From assembly GCA_032718475.1 (NCBI GenBank), contig JAUCBJ010002574.1:1-36653 (forward strand): a stretch of DNA of 36,653 bases, given 5' to 3'. The notes under the pieces are model-generated. The model saw only the letters and a program-made list of their open reading frames with translations, did no database searches and was not told the DNA's origin. Within the stretch, counting starts at the first letter, position 1. The number at the start of each line of letters is the position of its first letter. Origin of the DNA: Nemertoderma westbladi. Lineage: Eukaryota; Animalia; Xenacoelomorpha. The position numbers were made by a program, and so were the translations under genes. This document shows positions 11,583-22,286 of the stretch, one piece after another.

Positions 11583-13495
11583 AACCTTAAATAAATATAT
11601 ATATTTTAACCTTAGGGGGGGTGCACCATTTTGGTCAAAAATATGTCGAATTATTTTTTATGGTCTATTATAATGCACCATTGAATCCAAATCTGAAAAC
11701 CGCTATTTAATAGCTCTTTTAGTTTTCAAGTTATAACAATTTCCATTTAGGGAATCCTATTGAAATTACTATTACTAGGTATAATGAAAGGTCGATTATC
11801 TCCAAATATTTTTTTTATGAAATTGTCACCTTCAAAACCCTACTACTTCTACAATTTTTGAGCAATTAGTCTGAGAATTTCTGTAAGTGTCTACATAGCC
11901 AGCCACCCTGCATAAAAGTATCAGACAACTTTTCGAAATTATTTGTTAATAAAATTTAATACTATTTATAACAAACCTAAAAATTTAGCCGCAATTTGCA
12001 GCGCCACCTAGCGGTGCAGAATTATTTTCACAAAATTTCACCTGATATGTACTGTATGTTGCCCCATCTTTGATCTATAAGATAAAAAAACTTTCATGTG
12101 ATTAGATTCAAAACTGTAAAAGCCTTAGGGTTTTAAGCGCAACCAAGTTTTTTTTATTGTTAACTAGTATTAACTAATATTAAATAGCGAGAAAATTTTT
12201 TTTTCTAACCTATCATGTAGAATAGCATCTTAGGCACCTATATTCCAAATTATAGCCCAAAACAAAAAATTTTGAAACGCTGAGAGTGATAAATCGAAGA
12301 GTTGTCCGAAAATGGTGTACCCCCCCCCCCCCCCCCTTAAATAAATATATATATTTTAACCTTATATAAATATATATATTTTAACCTTAAATAAATATAT
12401 ATATTTTAACCTTAAATAAATATATATATTTTAACCTTAAATAAATATATATACTTTAACCTTAAATAAATATATATACTTTAACCTTAAATAAATATAT
12501 ATATTTTAACCTCTAATAAATATATATATTTTAGCCTTAAATAAATATATATATTTTAACCTTTATTAATTATATATATTTCAACCTTAAATAAACATAT
12601 ATTTTTTAACCTCTACTAATAAATATATATATTTTAACCTTAAATAAATATATATATTTTAACTTTAAATAAATATATATGTTTTAACCTTAAATAAATA
12701 TATATATTTAAACCTTAAATGAATATATATACTTTAACCTTAAATAAATATATATATATTTTAACCTCTAATAAATATATATATTTTAACCTCTAATAAA
12801 TATGTATATATTAACCTCAAATAAATATATATCCATAAATAAAAATATATATTTTAACCCTAAGGATATATATATATATTTTAACCTTAAATAAATATAT
12901 ATATATTAACCTTAAATAAATATATATATTTTAACCTTAAATTAATATATATATTTTAACCTTAAATAAATATATATATTTTAACCTCTAATAAATATAT
13001 ATATTTTTACCTTAAATAAATATATATATTTTAACCTCTAATAAATATATATATTTTAACCTCTAATAAATATATATATTTTAACCTTTAATAAATATAT
13101 ATATATTAACCTTAAATAAATATATATATTTTAACCTTAAATAAATATATATATTTTATCCTCTTATAAATATTTATATTTTAATCTTTAATAAATAAAT
13201 ATATTTCAAACGTAATAAATATGTATATATTAACCTGAAATAAATATATTTCCATAAATAAATATATATATTTTAACCCTAAGTAAATATATATATTTTA
13301 ACCTAATTGAATACATATATTTTACACGTGAGTAAATATATATATATTTTGAACTTAATTAAATATATATATTTGAACTTTAAACAAATATATATATATT
13401 TGAACTTTAAACAAATATATATACATTTGAACTTTAAACAAATATATATATTTGAAATTGAAACAAATATATATTTTTTAACTTTAAATAAATTT
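11583..13495. repeat. AT-rich minisatellite, ~25-27 bp unit (AACCTTAAATAAATATATATATTTT), interrupted by a MITE after its first unit
   Basis: Direct read; the main array spans 12337 to ~13495. Confidence 0.95.
11615..12336. mobile_element. Non-autonomous TIR DNA transposon (MITE); Harbinger-like by its TTA TSD, or Kolobok-like
   Basis: TIRs (G)nTGCACCATTTTGG and CCGAAAATGGTGTA(C)n. TTA on both sides (11612-11614, 12337-12339). Removal restores a perfect satellite unit. No ORF. Confidence 0.8.
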
Positions 13496-13806
13496 ATTAC
13501 TTTCTCGAGATTAAATTACTAACCCTACAGAACACTGCATTGCATTATTATACTTAGACATCATGAGTAGCGCATTGTGGTAATCCAATATGTCACCCGG
13601 TGCTATTTGAGTGTGCGAATTTATTTCCACAGAAATAAATAAATTATTATTATATATAATATTTAACACGATTGTTTTTATTAAATCATTAATATTTAAT
13701 TGTATATGATGTGTTTAACATCCATAGATTGTATAAATTAATATTTAATTTATTGTTTATATTAACTTAACTAACTTATAGATTGTTTGACGTTATTAAT
13801 TTTTAG

Positions 13807-13929
13807 ACACCTTTTCACCTCCAACTGTGCGGTATTTAACAGCAGTTCCCATGGCAACCGGTTACCGCAGCGACGATGACGTCACAAGGCCCCCGAACCC
13901 AACCCCTCAGCGCTCCCAAGTCTTTCAAG
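13807..13929 (+). CDS. SPAG17: Probable internal exon of the SPAG17-like gene
   Basis: TTTTTTAG acceptor; GC-richer open frame TFSPPTVRYLTAVPMATGYRSDDDVTRPPNPTPQRSQVFQ; phase 1 at both ends. The donor G|GTCATT is weak. Confidence 0.6.
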
Positions 13930-14769
13930 GTCATTTAATACTTAATCACTAACAATTTGTCCAATAATTTATTAAACAATTTTACGTGCTGGCATTCTGG
14001 TAAATCACACCAATTGTTATTATATTATTTGTATTAACTATGGAATGTATTCAATTTGTATTTAATAAAACTTTAATAAAAATGTATTTAATAAAACTTT
14101 AATAAAAATGTATTTAATAAAACTGTCACTCCAATTAAACAGGCGCTATTTATTTAATATGTGCCTGTAATAATGACCTTGTGTATGAAACTATTAGTCT
14201 AGTTAATTATAATTTCTAATATCTAAACTGTCACCTTAATTGACTACCAACTATTTATTTATCGTATTATTTTAGTCAAAATTACTCTCATTAATTCCAA
14301 CCTCAGTCTACATTTATATAATAATACTATATTAATTTATAATTTATGTGCTAGAAGTACTAAATTATGTCATAACAACTACATCGTAATAAGTTGCAAT
14401 CAATTAATTAAAAAGTCTGAATATCGTATTAATATCTTGCAAATCTACCGCCTATGTTACAACTGATTTACTGGTACCACTGTGTCTGTCCGTCTGTCAC
14501 TTATGTTTGAAGGCTAATTTGAAATTTGGTACACAGATAGTCTGTCAAAAGTCGGAAATATAATTTGCGTGGGTGAACTCAGCAGTACTTCAATCTCCGC
14601 TAGAGGACGCCTAGACAGCGGTTAAGCTTGCTTACTTGTACCTGTGCGAAAGCCTCCACGAACTTGTACTTCCAGCTTATCGTATTGCACAAGAGGCGCG
14701 TAGATAGAGAATGTCACTTCTGGATCCAAAGGAGGATTTTATTTACTTTTTAATTTTTCATTTGTATAG

Positions 14770-14900
14770 CTGACGCATTAGAACCGGATAATACAGGGAG
14801 CGACGCGGTTGTAGATGAGTTACCCAATAGTTTGCATAAACGGATTCCAGAAATAAAGTCGCTTAGAGAAGGAAGACCAGGGGTTGTAGCCAATGAGAGA
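14770..14900 (+). CDS. SPAG17: Internal exon of the SPAG17-like gene
   Basis: TTTGTATAG acceptor and GTTAGT donor; DALEPDNTGSDAVVDELPNSLHKRIPEIKSLREGRPGVVANER; phase 1 in, phase 0 out. Confidence 0.7.
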
Positions 14901-15160
14901 GTTAGTATTAATACCATAAATATAGTGATATTAATTAATTAATTGTATATCATAATAACATCTCATTTCTTTTCCAGAATGGGTGACACAGTAGAGCCTT
15001 CTAGTACAGTAAGTTAGGCGTAAATATACACAAACAATGCACTTTTGTGTGACAGTTAGTTTGTGTTTGTTCTTAAAAGTCTAGAGTCTCCGAGAATTTG
15101 ATTGATTTTAATGTGATAAGGTGTTAGCTGGCTATATTGACATTTAATTGTTCCTCCTAG

Positions 15161-15406
15161 TTCCAACGTATTGAGGAACCGGCCCGTAGGAAAGTATACA
15201 CGGTGACGACGTCCGGTGCCGCTGGTTCCTTGCAGAGACGCGGGTTCTCAATACTACCGGAACGGGTTGATTTCGGTAGAGTTAAGGAGGGCTGTACCTA
15301 CCAGTTCCGACTTAATGTAAAGAACATAGGGGTGGATACCAGTCGGTTTAGGTTGGTTCAACCGCCCCCTTCCACTGGGATGGTAGCCGTCTACACACCG
15401 GGACCG
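15161..15406 (+). CDS. SPAG17: Penultimate exon of a SPAG17/PF6-like gene (axonemal central-pair protein C-terminus)
   Basis: CCTCCTAG acceptor and GTTAGT donor; 82 codons FQRIEEPARRKVYT...PERVDFGRVKEGCTYQFRLNVKNIGVDTSRFRLVQPPPSTGMVAVYTPGP, recognised as the conserved SPAG17 C-terminal Ig-like domain. Confidence 0.85.
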
Positions 15407-15469
15407 GTTAGTCGCATTGCTTCGATTCTATCCTACTGTATATCTCCTACCTACTGTATATAACGTTTT

Positions 15470-16616
15470 ATAAAGTCAACGGTTCCACACGGTCAAATGT
15501 TCCGCAACGTCAAAGGTTCCACAGGTTCAAAGGTTCCAAAAGGTTCCACAGGGTCAAAGTCTACACAGGTTCAAAGGTACCACAGTGTTAAAGATTTCAC
15601 AGGGTCAAAGGTTCCACAAGGTCCAAGGTTCCACAAGGTCGAAGGTTCCACAGGATCAGTGGTTAAGGTCAAAGGTTCCAGATTGTCAAAAGACTCCATA
15701 TGATCAAAGGTTCCACAAGGTCAAAGGTTCCAGAGGGTTAAAGGTTCCACAGTGTCAAAGGTTCCACAGGATTAAAGGTTAAGGTCAAAAGTTCCAGAAG
15801 GTCAAATGTTCAAACAAGGTCACAGGTTTCACAGAGTCAAAGGTTCCACAAGGTCAAGGGTTCCACAGTGTTAAAGGTTTCACACGGTCAAAGGTTCCAC
15901 AAGGCCTAAGGTTCCACAGGGTCAAAGGTTCCACAGGGTAAAGTTTAAGGTCAAAGGTTCCGCAGTGTTAAAGGTTCCACAGGATCAAAGGTTAAGGTCA
16001 AAGGTACCACAGTGTTAAATGTTTCACAGGGTCAAAGGTTCCACAAGGTCAAGGGTTCCACAGTGTTAAAGGTTTCACACGGTCAAAGGTTCCACAAGGC
16101 CTAAGGTTCCACAGGGTCAAAGGTTCCACAGGGTAAAGTTTAAGGTCAAAGGTTCCGCAGTGTTAAAGGTTCCACAGGATCAAAGGTTAAGGTCAAAGGT
16201 ACCACAGTGTTAAATGTTTCACAGGGTCAAAGGTTCCACAAGGTCCAAGGTTCCACAAGGTCAGGTATCCACAGGATCAATGGTTAAGGTCAAAGGTTCC
16301 ACAGTGTCAAAAGATTCCACAAGGTCAAAGGTTCCAGAGGGTTGAAGGTTCCTCAGGGTAAAGTTTAAGGTCAAAGGTTCCGCAGTCTCAAAGGTTAAAG
16401 TCAATGTTCCGCAGTGTCAAAGGTTCCACAGGATCAAAGGTTAAGGTCAAAAGTTCCAGAAGGTCAAATGTTCAAACAAGGTCACAGGTTTCACAGAGTC
16501 AAAGGTTCCACAGTGTTAAAGGTTCCACAGGATCAAATATTCCACAAGGTGAAAGGTTCCACAGGTTCAAATATTCCACATGGTCAAAGGTTCCACAGTG
16601 TGACAAAGATTCCACA
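15470..16616. repeat. Complex intronic satellite built on a ~16-17 bp (GTCAAAGGTTCCACA(A/G)G) monomer with a 195-bp higher-order duplication
   Basis: Direct read; 15841-16035 is repeated at 16036-16230. Confidence 0.92.
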
Positions 16617-16686
16617 TTATAACCAATATAAATGCCATTATTATTATTATTTAGTGTGGCGGTACTGAATTCCTTATTATCCACAG

Positions 16687-16971
16687 ATCCCCGCGGGTTT
16701 ATCGACTCACATTGACGTGGAACTCGTTGCCATAGCGGCTGGAGTTACCGGTGAGTCAGGGACCGGGACGATAGACCACGACCTAGAGATAGTATCCGAG
16801 ACGGATATCTTCCGAGTTCCTATTAGCGTCGAGGTTGCTACGACGACGGACTACGAGCGGTCGGGAGACAGTCAACTGAACCCCGGGGTCAGACTGATTT
16901 CGGATAGACCCCAATCCCGACAGGATATACTGCCACCCAACAGGATGCAGCCACAACCCGCGCTCTCATAA
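16687..16971 (+). CDS. SPAG17: Terminal coding exon of the SPAG17-like gene
   Basis: CCACAG acceptor, phase 0; IPAGLSTHIDVELVAIAAGVTGESGTGTIDHDLEIVSETDIFRVPISVEV... to TAA. AATAAA overlaps the stop and ATTAAA lies near 17075. Confidence 0.85.
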   Translation: MPAGLSTHIDVELVAIAAGVTGESGTGTIDHDLEIVSETDIFRVPISVEVATTTDYERSGDSQLNPGVRLISDRPQSRQDILPPNRMQPQPALS

Positions 16972-17227
16972 TAAACTCTTAAATAACTCAATTAATTACG
17001 AATTTATTCCATTTGTTTGTACATTTTGATGTTTTTACTTTTATAATAGTTTATATATGTAATAATTAATAATTATTAAAATAACTGTATAAGATTATTT
17101 CATTATTTCGTGTTGTTTATTACTATAGCTATAGATAATTGACAATCTTGCATCAAAATTCACACAAAAATCACAATTCTCGCGCTTGTACTGTAAAGTT
17201 AAAAATACTGTAGCGATTTTGAAGAGT

Positions 17228-17320
17228 TAGGGGGTAAAGGAGTAGGGTAGTTGGGGCATGGGGGGAGTAGGGGGAGGGGGTGTGTAAGGGGGAGGGGATT
17301 TGGGGGTAGGCCATTAGGGG
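17228..17320 (+). repeat. G-rich low-complexity tract with G-quadruplex potential
   Basis: About ten runs of three or more G within ~90 bp. Confidence 0.7.
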
Positions 17321-17670
17321 TCAGTTAAAATGTTTTGCGAATATGCAATATATGTATCACTCACTAAATAGATTTTGAGCAAATCAGTAAACAAAAGATC
17401 ATTTGCATTTGCATTAAAGCCATCACGATCACAGAAGTCATTTGCATTGTTAGGCGATATGATGTGATAGCTGATAGTCTTCCATGCATCTAAAGAATAT
17501 TGTTTAACAATGAAAAAGTTTATTTTGCAATTTACAAGCCACACCCTGTTACCATCCTCATGATATCTGTTCCGCACTGTTAACTTGCATTGTCTTGGAG
17601 AAATAATGAATGCGAGGCTAATAAACAATCCCGTAGCCATATAATCCCGTTGTATGTACCAATGTACTGT

Positions 17671-18650
17671 AGGTAGCTGTACTCTAATCCCTCCCATGTT
17701 GTATGTAGGCCTACTGTATGTAAGGTAGCTGTACTCTAATCCCTCCCATGTTGTATGTAGGCCTACTGTATGTAAGGTAGCTGTACTCTAATCCCTCCCA
17801 TGTTGTATGTAGGCCTACTGTATGTAAGGTAGCTGTACTCTAATCCCTCCCATGTTGTATGTAGGCCTACAGTATGTAAGGTAGCTGTACTCTAATCCCT
17901 CCCATGTTGTATGTAGGCCTACAGTATGTAAGGTAGCTGTACTCTAATCCCTCCCATGTTGTATGTAGGCCTACAGTATGTAAGGTAGCTGTACTATAAT
18001 CCCTCCTATGTTCTATGTAGGCCTACAGTATGTAAGGCAGCTGTACTATAATCCCTCCCATGTTGTATGTAGGCCTACTGTATGTAAGGTAGCTGTACTC
18101 TAATCCCTCCCATGTTCTATGTAGGCCTACTGTATGTAAAGTAGCTGTACTCTAATCCCTCCCATGTTGTATGTTGGCCTACTGTATGTAAGGTAGCTGT
18201 ACTCTAATCCCTCCCATGTTCTATGTAGGCCTACTGTATGTAAAGTAGCTGTACTCTAATCCCTCCCAAGGTTGTATGTAGGCCTACTGTATGTAAGGTA
18301 GCTGTACTCTAATCCCTCCCATGTTCTATGTAGGCCTACTGTATGTAAAGTAGCTGTACTCTAATCCCTCCCATGTTGTATGTAGGCCTACTGTATGTAA
18401 GGTAGCTGTACTCTAATCCCTCTCATGTTGTATGTAGGCCTACTGTATGTAAGGTAGCTGTACTCTAATCCCTCTCATGTTGTATGTAGGCCTACTGTAT
18501 GTAAGGTAGCTGTACTCTAATCCCTCCCATGTTGTATGTAGGCCTACTGTATGTAAAGTAGCTGTACTCTAATCCCTCCCATGTTGTATGTAGGCCTACT
18601 GTATGTAAGGTAGCTGTACTCTAATCCCTCCCATGTTGTATGTAAGGTAT
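17671..18650. repeat. 52-bp minisatellite (AGGTAGCTGTACTCTAATCCCTCCCATGTTGTATGTAGGCCTACTGTATGTA), about 19 copies
   Basis: Direct read. Confidence 0.97.
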
Positions 18651-18942
18651 TAGTAATAGTATGTAAGGTATTAATGTGACAGTCATAATTGATGTTATTA
18701 CCTCAGTTGTTGTGTACGTTGCTAGGTGCGGCAAGGTGTTGTGAAGAAAAAACTCAATTTTTTTTTGTTTCTGATTTTAATACTCGTAATAATAGTATTA
18801 TAATATAATGCAAAACACAGTAATTATGTATTTATGTGCCTCCGTGTAGTCCGTAGGTCGAAGGGGATGTACTTGTACAAGTTCATAATATACGGCGGGA
18901 ATTGTTTTAAAGTAAGGTTGTGCATCAAGTAGCATTCCTTGG

Positions 18943-19228
18943 TGTGCCATCGACGACAGTCAAGGGCATGGCCTATATGGACTTAGACTGATATAGGACT
19001 TATTATATTATGTACCGGTAAGGGCGAGTTGATTGACTGACTCGGTTGGTCTTTGGTACTGCCCCTGTACACGGTACCTGGGTACCGAAGCCTATGCCTA
19101 TATTATGTACCGTATATTATTGTGTACCATATATACTGATATACATTATATGAGATCGAAGGAATACCAGCACCGACCATTTAATATATTTTACTTATAC
19201 CTCGTCGATCCCTAACAACGACGACACA
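18943..19228 (+). repeat. 5' LTR (286 bp)
   Basis: TGTGCCATCG...CGACGACACA with imperfect inverted termini; about three differences from the 3' LTR. Confidence 0.95.
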
Positions 19229-19241
19229 CTTCGAACCGGAT
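19229..19241 (+). promoter_or_regulatory. Truncated primer-binding site (tRNA-Tyr-like)
   Basis: CTTCGAACCGGAT directly follows the LTR and resembles TGGTCCTTCGAGCCGGAT without its first five bases. Confidence 0.6.
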
Positions 19242-19532
19242 TATTTGATCAGCCTTCGGCCTAACGTCATCCGTCATTTATCAAATCCCGCCTGACTAAT
19301 GGTAATGACTGAATGATGGATCCTACAGACCTATGTATATCTAGTAGGCCTAACGGCTATTACGGTCTACTGCCGTCCCTAGCCTAAGCCTAACTCGGTA
19401 AGTTGACATATACCGCTCTGCCATACCGGTAAGTGGATATCTACCATCCAAAGGCCTATCTGTTCAACGGTATCAAACCTATCCATATCTGTGCTTCTGT
19501 TCACCAGAACTCCAGCTTCTGTTAGTCACAGA

Positions 19533-19695
19533 ATGTCTGACAGTGAACCTGATACAAACGAAACTCTGCCAGCTACGAATATTTCTCAGCCAAATGGGCC
19601 TGGGATCAGTTTGAACCAAAATGAAACTGAGACCCTAAAAAGGGCTCGTAAACAAGCCCGTACAAAGGCCAATAACCTTATCGCCGATCTTTTAA
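19533..19695 (+). CDS. gag: BEL gag N-terminus, separated from the main ORF by the piggyBac
   Basis: MSDSEP...LKRARKQARTKANNLIADLL joins in frame to NYKS-MGPNVD at 22287 when the piggyBac and one TTAA are removed. Confidence 0.9.
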
Positions 19696-22282
19696 CCTTC
19701 GTCAGTATACTTGGGGTAAAAAATTACCCCAGCACTGTTTAATTGCGTTTTTATCTTGGAATGGAAATATTTGACAACCTGAGCTCCTAGGTACCTTCCT
19801 AACTTTTACTGGCCTACACGACAGCACAAAAATAATTTTGGAAACTGCGGGGGGTCCATGGTTAAAATCAACGTTTTCAAAAGTTGTCCCAAAAGTTAAC
19901 CTGGGATAAATATTTACCCCAATCAAAACGCAGTTGAGTACTGCTAAATTAGGCCTATCTATAGTAATAAACCATACCGGTACTCATATTACTAATAGCC
20001 TACCCATACCAGTACCGGAAATACAATAATTGTGCAGTTAGGCCCTATGCCCTAGCTACTTCAGTATATTGAGCTCCTAGCAGTTTGTGATACCGGTACC
20101 GTACCGGTTGCCAGTAGTAGGTACCTTACCTACAATACTGTTCTGTTCTTACTATTATTCTTACTACCGGTATGGCTTCCTCCGACTCTGAGATTGATGG
20201 ATATGATCTGCTTTCCGATGAAGATAGCCCTGATGAAAGCGACTATGGGTGTGAAACAGACATTGCTGTTGGTTCCGACACTGACAACAGTTCAGATTGC
20301 GAAACTGATGCTGCAGTTGACGATGAATTAGGAATTTCGATTCCCCAACCACCCACACAACGGCGTCGCATTACATACGTTTCAAAGAGTGGTCGAGAGT
20401 GGAATGCGGAGCCAAATCAGCCAGCTACAGTCCGGGCTAGTTCAAGTAATGTGGTAAAGCAATCAAGTGGAGTTAGTCGCCAGGGACGAGTACAGGGAAT
20501 CGCAGAGAGTTATGATCTCTTCATAACAGATGATATCATCTTGGTTGTTGTCCGTGAAACAAATCGCCGCGCACAGAAAGTCCTTTTGGATTGGAATACG
20601 GCTAATCCAGCATGGGATCCAAAAGTATGGGGGCGTGTTGACTCGTCCGATATTCGGGCTTTTATCGGTTTGCTGCTTTTGGCCGGGGTATACAAATCCG
20701 CCCACGAATCTGTTGAGGAACTCTGGAGCCCGTCATCCCGCCCAGTATTTCGGTCCACCATGTCATTGATGCGGTTCAAGGACATTCTACGATTCACTCG
20801 GTTCGACAATATCAACACCCGCCCAGAACGTAAAGAAACTGATAAGCTCGCTGCCTTCAGGGATGTCTGGGAGATGTTCTTAGCCAGGCTCCCACTGATG
20901 TACCAACCAGGCTTTGATATGACAGTCGATGAACAACTCGTTTCATTTCGTGGTCGCTGCCCCTTCATCCAGTATATTCCTTCCAAACCAGGCAAGTATG
21001 GGGTGAAGATATTCTGGAATTGCGATGCCACTTCTTCATACCCATTGAACGGTGAAATATACCTGGGGCGACAGCCTGGGGCAGAGAGAGCGCAAGGCCT
21101 TGGAGTGAGCGTGGTGAAATCTCTAACGAGACCATGGACATGTTCTGGGCGAAATGTCACATGTGACAATTTCTTTACGGATTGCAAATTGGCGGAAGAT
21201 CTACTTGCTGTGGATACCACACTAGTTGGGACGATCAGAAAGAACAGGAGGGATGTCCCCAAGGCAATGTTGCCAAATAGGAGTCGTGAGGTATTATCAT
21301 CTACATTTGGATTCGATAGAAACCTCACCATGGTTAGCTATGTTCCCAAGAAAGCTCGTGCTGTTGTGCTCATTAGTTCAATGCACCACGACACTAAGGT
21401 TGATGTTGCGATATAATACAAACCAGACATTATTCTGCACTACAATAATAGTAAGTCAGGCGTTGATAATATGGATCACCTGGTGAGACTTTGTACATGT
21501 AAGCGAGCTACACGTCGCTGGCCTTTGGCTTTATTTATGAATATGCTGGACGTTGCTGGGGTTGCAGCATTTGTTATATGGACGAAACTTTATCCTGATT
21601 GGCATAAAGGTTTGGGGCAGAAACGACGGAAATTCCTCGTCGATCTTGGGTTGGAGCTCATTCGCCCGGTCCAATTGCTAAGATTAGATAACCCTTGTGC
21701 CTTGCAGAAAGGTGTAAAGAGTAGTCTGGCACTGATGGGATTTGAAATCCCATCCATTCCTAGGAATCAGGAACAGGCTAAGGCAGGTCGATGCCACCTG
21801 TGCCCTCGCGCTCTGGATCGTAAGTCTTCCAAGCTATGTGGTCGGTGTCAACGAAACATATGCAAAGATCACACCGATATAATTTGCCATGAGTGTGTTA
21901 GGGCAATGAATAGTAACTGCATATAACTGAATAATGTCTGTCTGTCACTCTCTGTGAATAGTGAATGTATAATAAATAAATGAATAACGGTAATTGGTAA
22001 TTACTGTATCTACCAATATTTTCACTACTACTGTACTAGGCCCGTATATTATACTATGTAGGTACTCAATTGACCAACAGACTGACATACACATACATAC
22101 ATACTGATATTTACTATTAAACATTTCACTAGATTCAATATCAGATATTAATAAATGATAAATTCTTGAATAGATGCTGAGTTTTTGATAGAAATACACC
22201 AAAATTCAAATATATTAATTTGGGGTAAAAATCTACCCCAGGTTAGCTGACGTGTAACTATTTTGAGGTATACTTACGAGGG
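19696..22282 (+). mobile_element. Complete piggyBac DNA transposon (2587 bp)
   Basis: TTAA TSD (19692-19695, 22283-22286). TIRs CCTTCGTCAGTATAC and (reverse complement) CCCTCGTAAGTATAC. Subterminal palindromes TGGGGTA-N6-TACCCCA at 19712 and 22221. Confidence 0.97.
20172..21926 (+). pseudogene. piggyBac (PGBD4-like) transposase with one in-frame premature stop
   Basis: Acidic N-terminus, TVDEQL, KPGKYGVK and TCDNFFT, then TAA at 21414-21416 and same-frame continuation YKPDIILHYNNSKSGVDNMD, RRWP and a C-terminal Cys-rich domain. Confidence 0.95.
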
Positions 22283-22286
22283 TTAA

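Noticed and set aside
14470-14670. Helentron/DINE-like motifs (GTCTGTCCGTCTGTC, GAAATTTGGTACACAG)
   Set aside because: Suggestive of a degraded element, but termini could not be defined.
15497-16684. Several KGSTGS/QRFH ORFs
   Set aside because: Translations of the intronic satellite; the flanking SPAG17 exons already join in phase without them.
17314-17697. 127-aa minus-strand ORF
   Set aside because: Its start codon comes from the 52-bp repeat and I recognise no domain; it may be a decayed transposon fragment but I cannot support a call.
20510-21331. 273-aa antisense ORF, and other antisense ORFs within the BEL and RTE elements
   Set aside because: Shadow frames of real transposon ORFs with no recognisable motifs.
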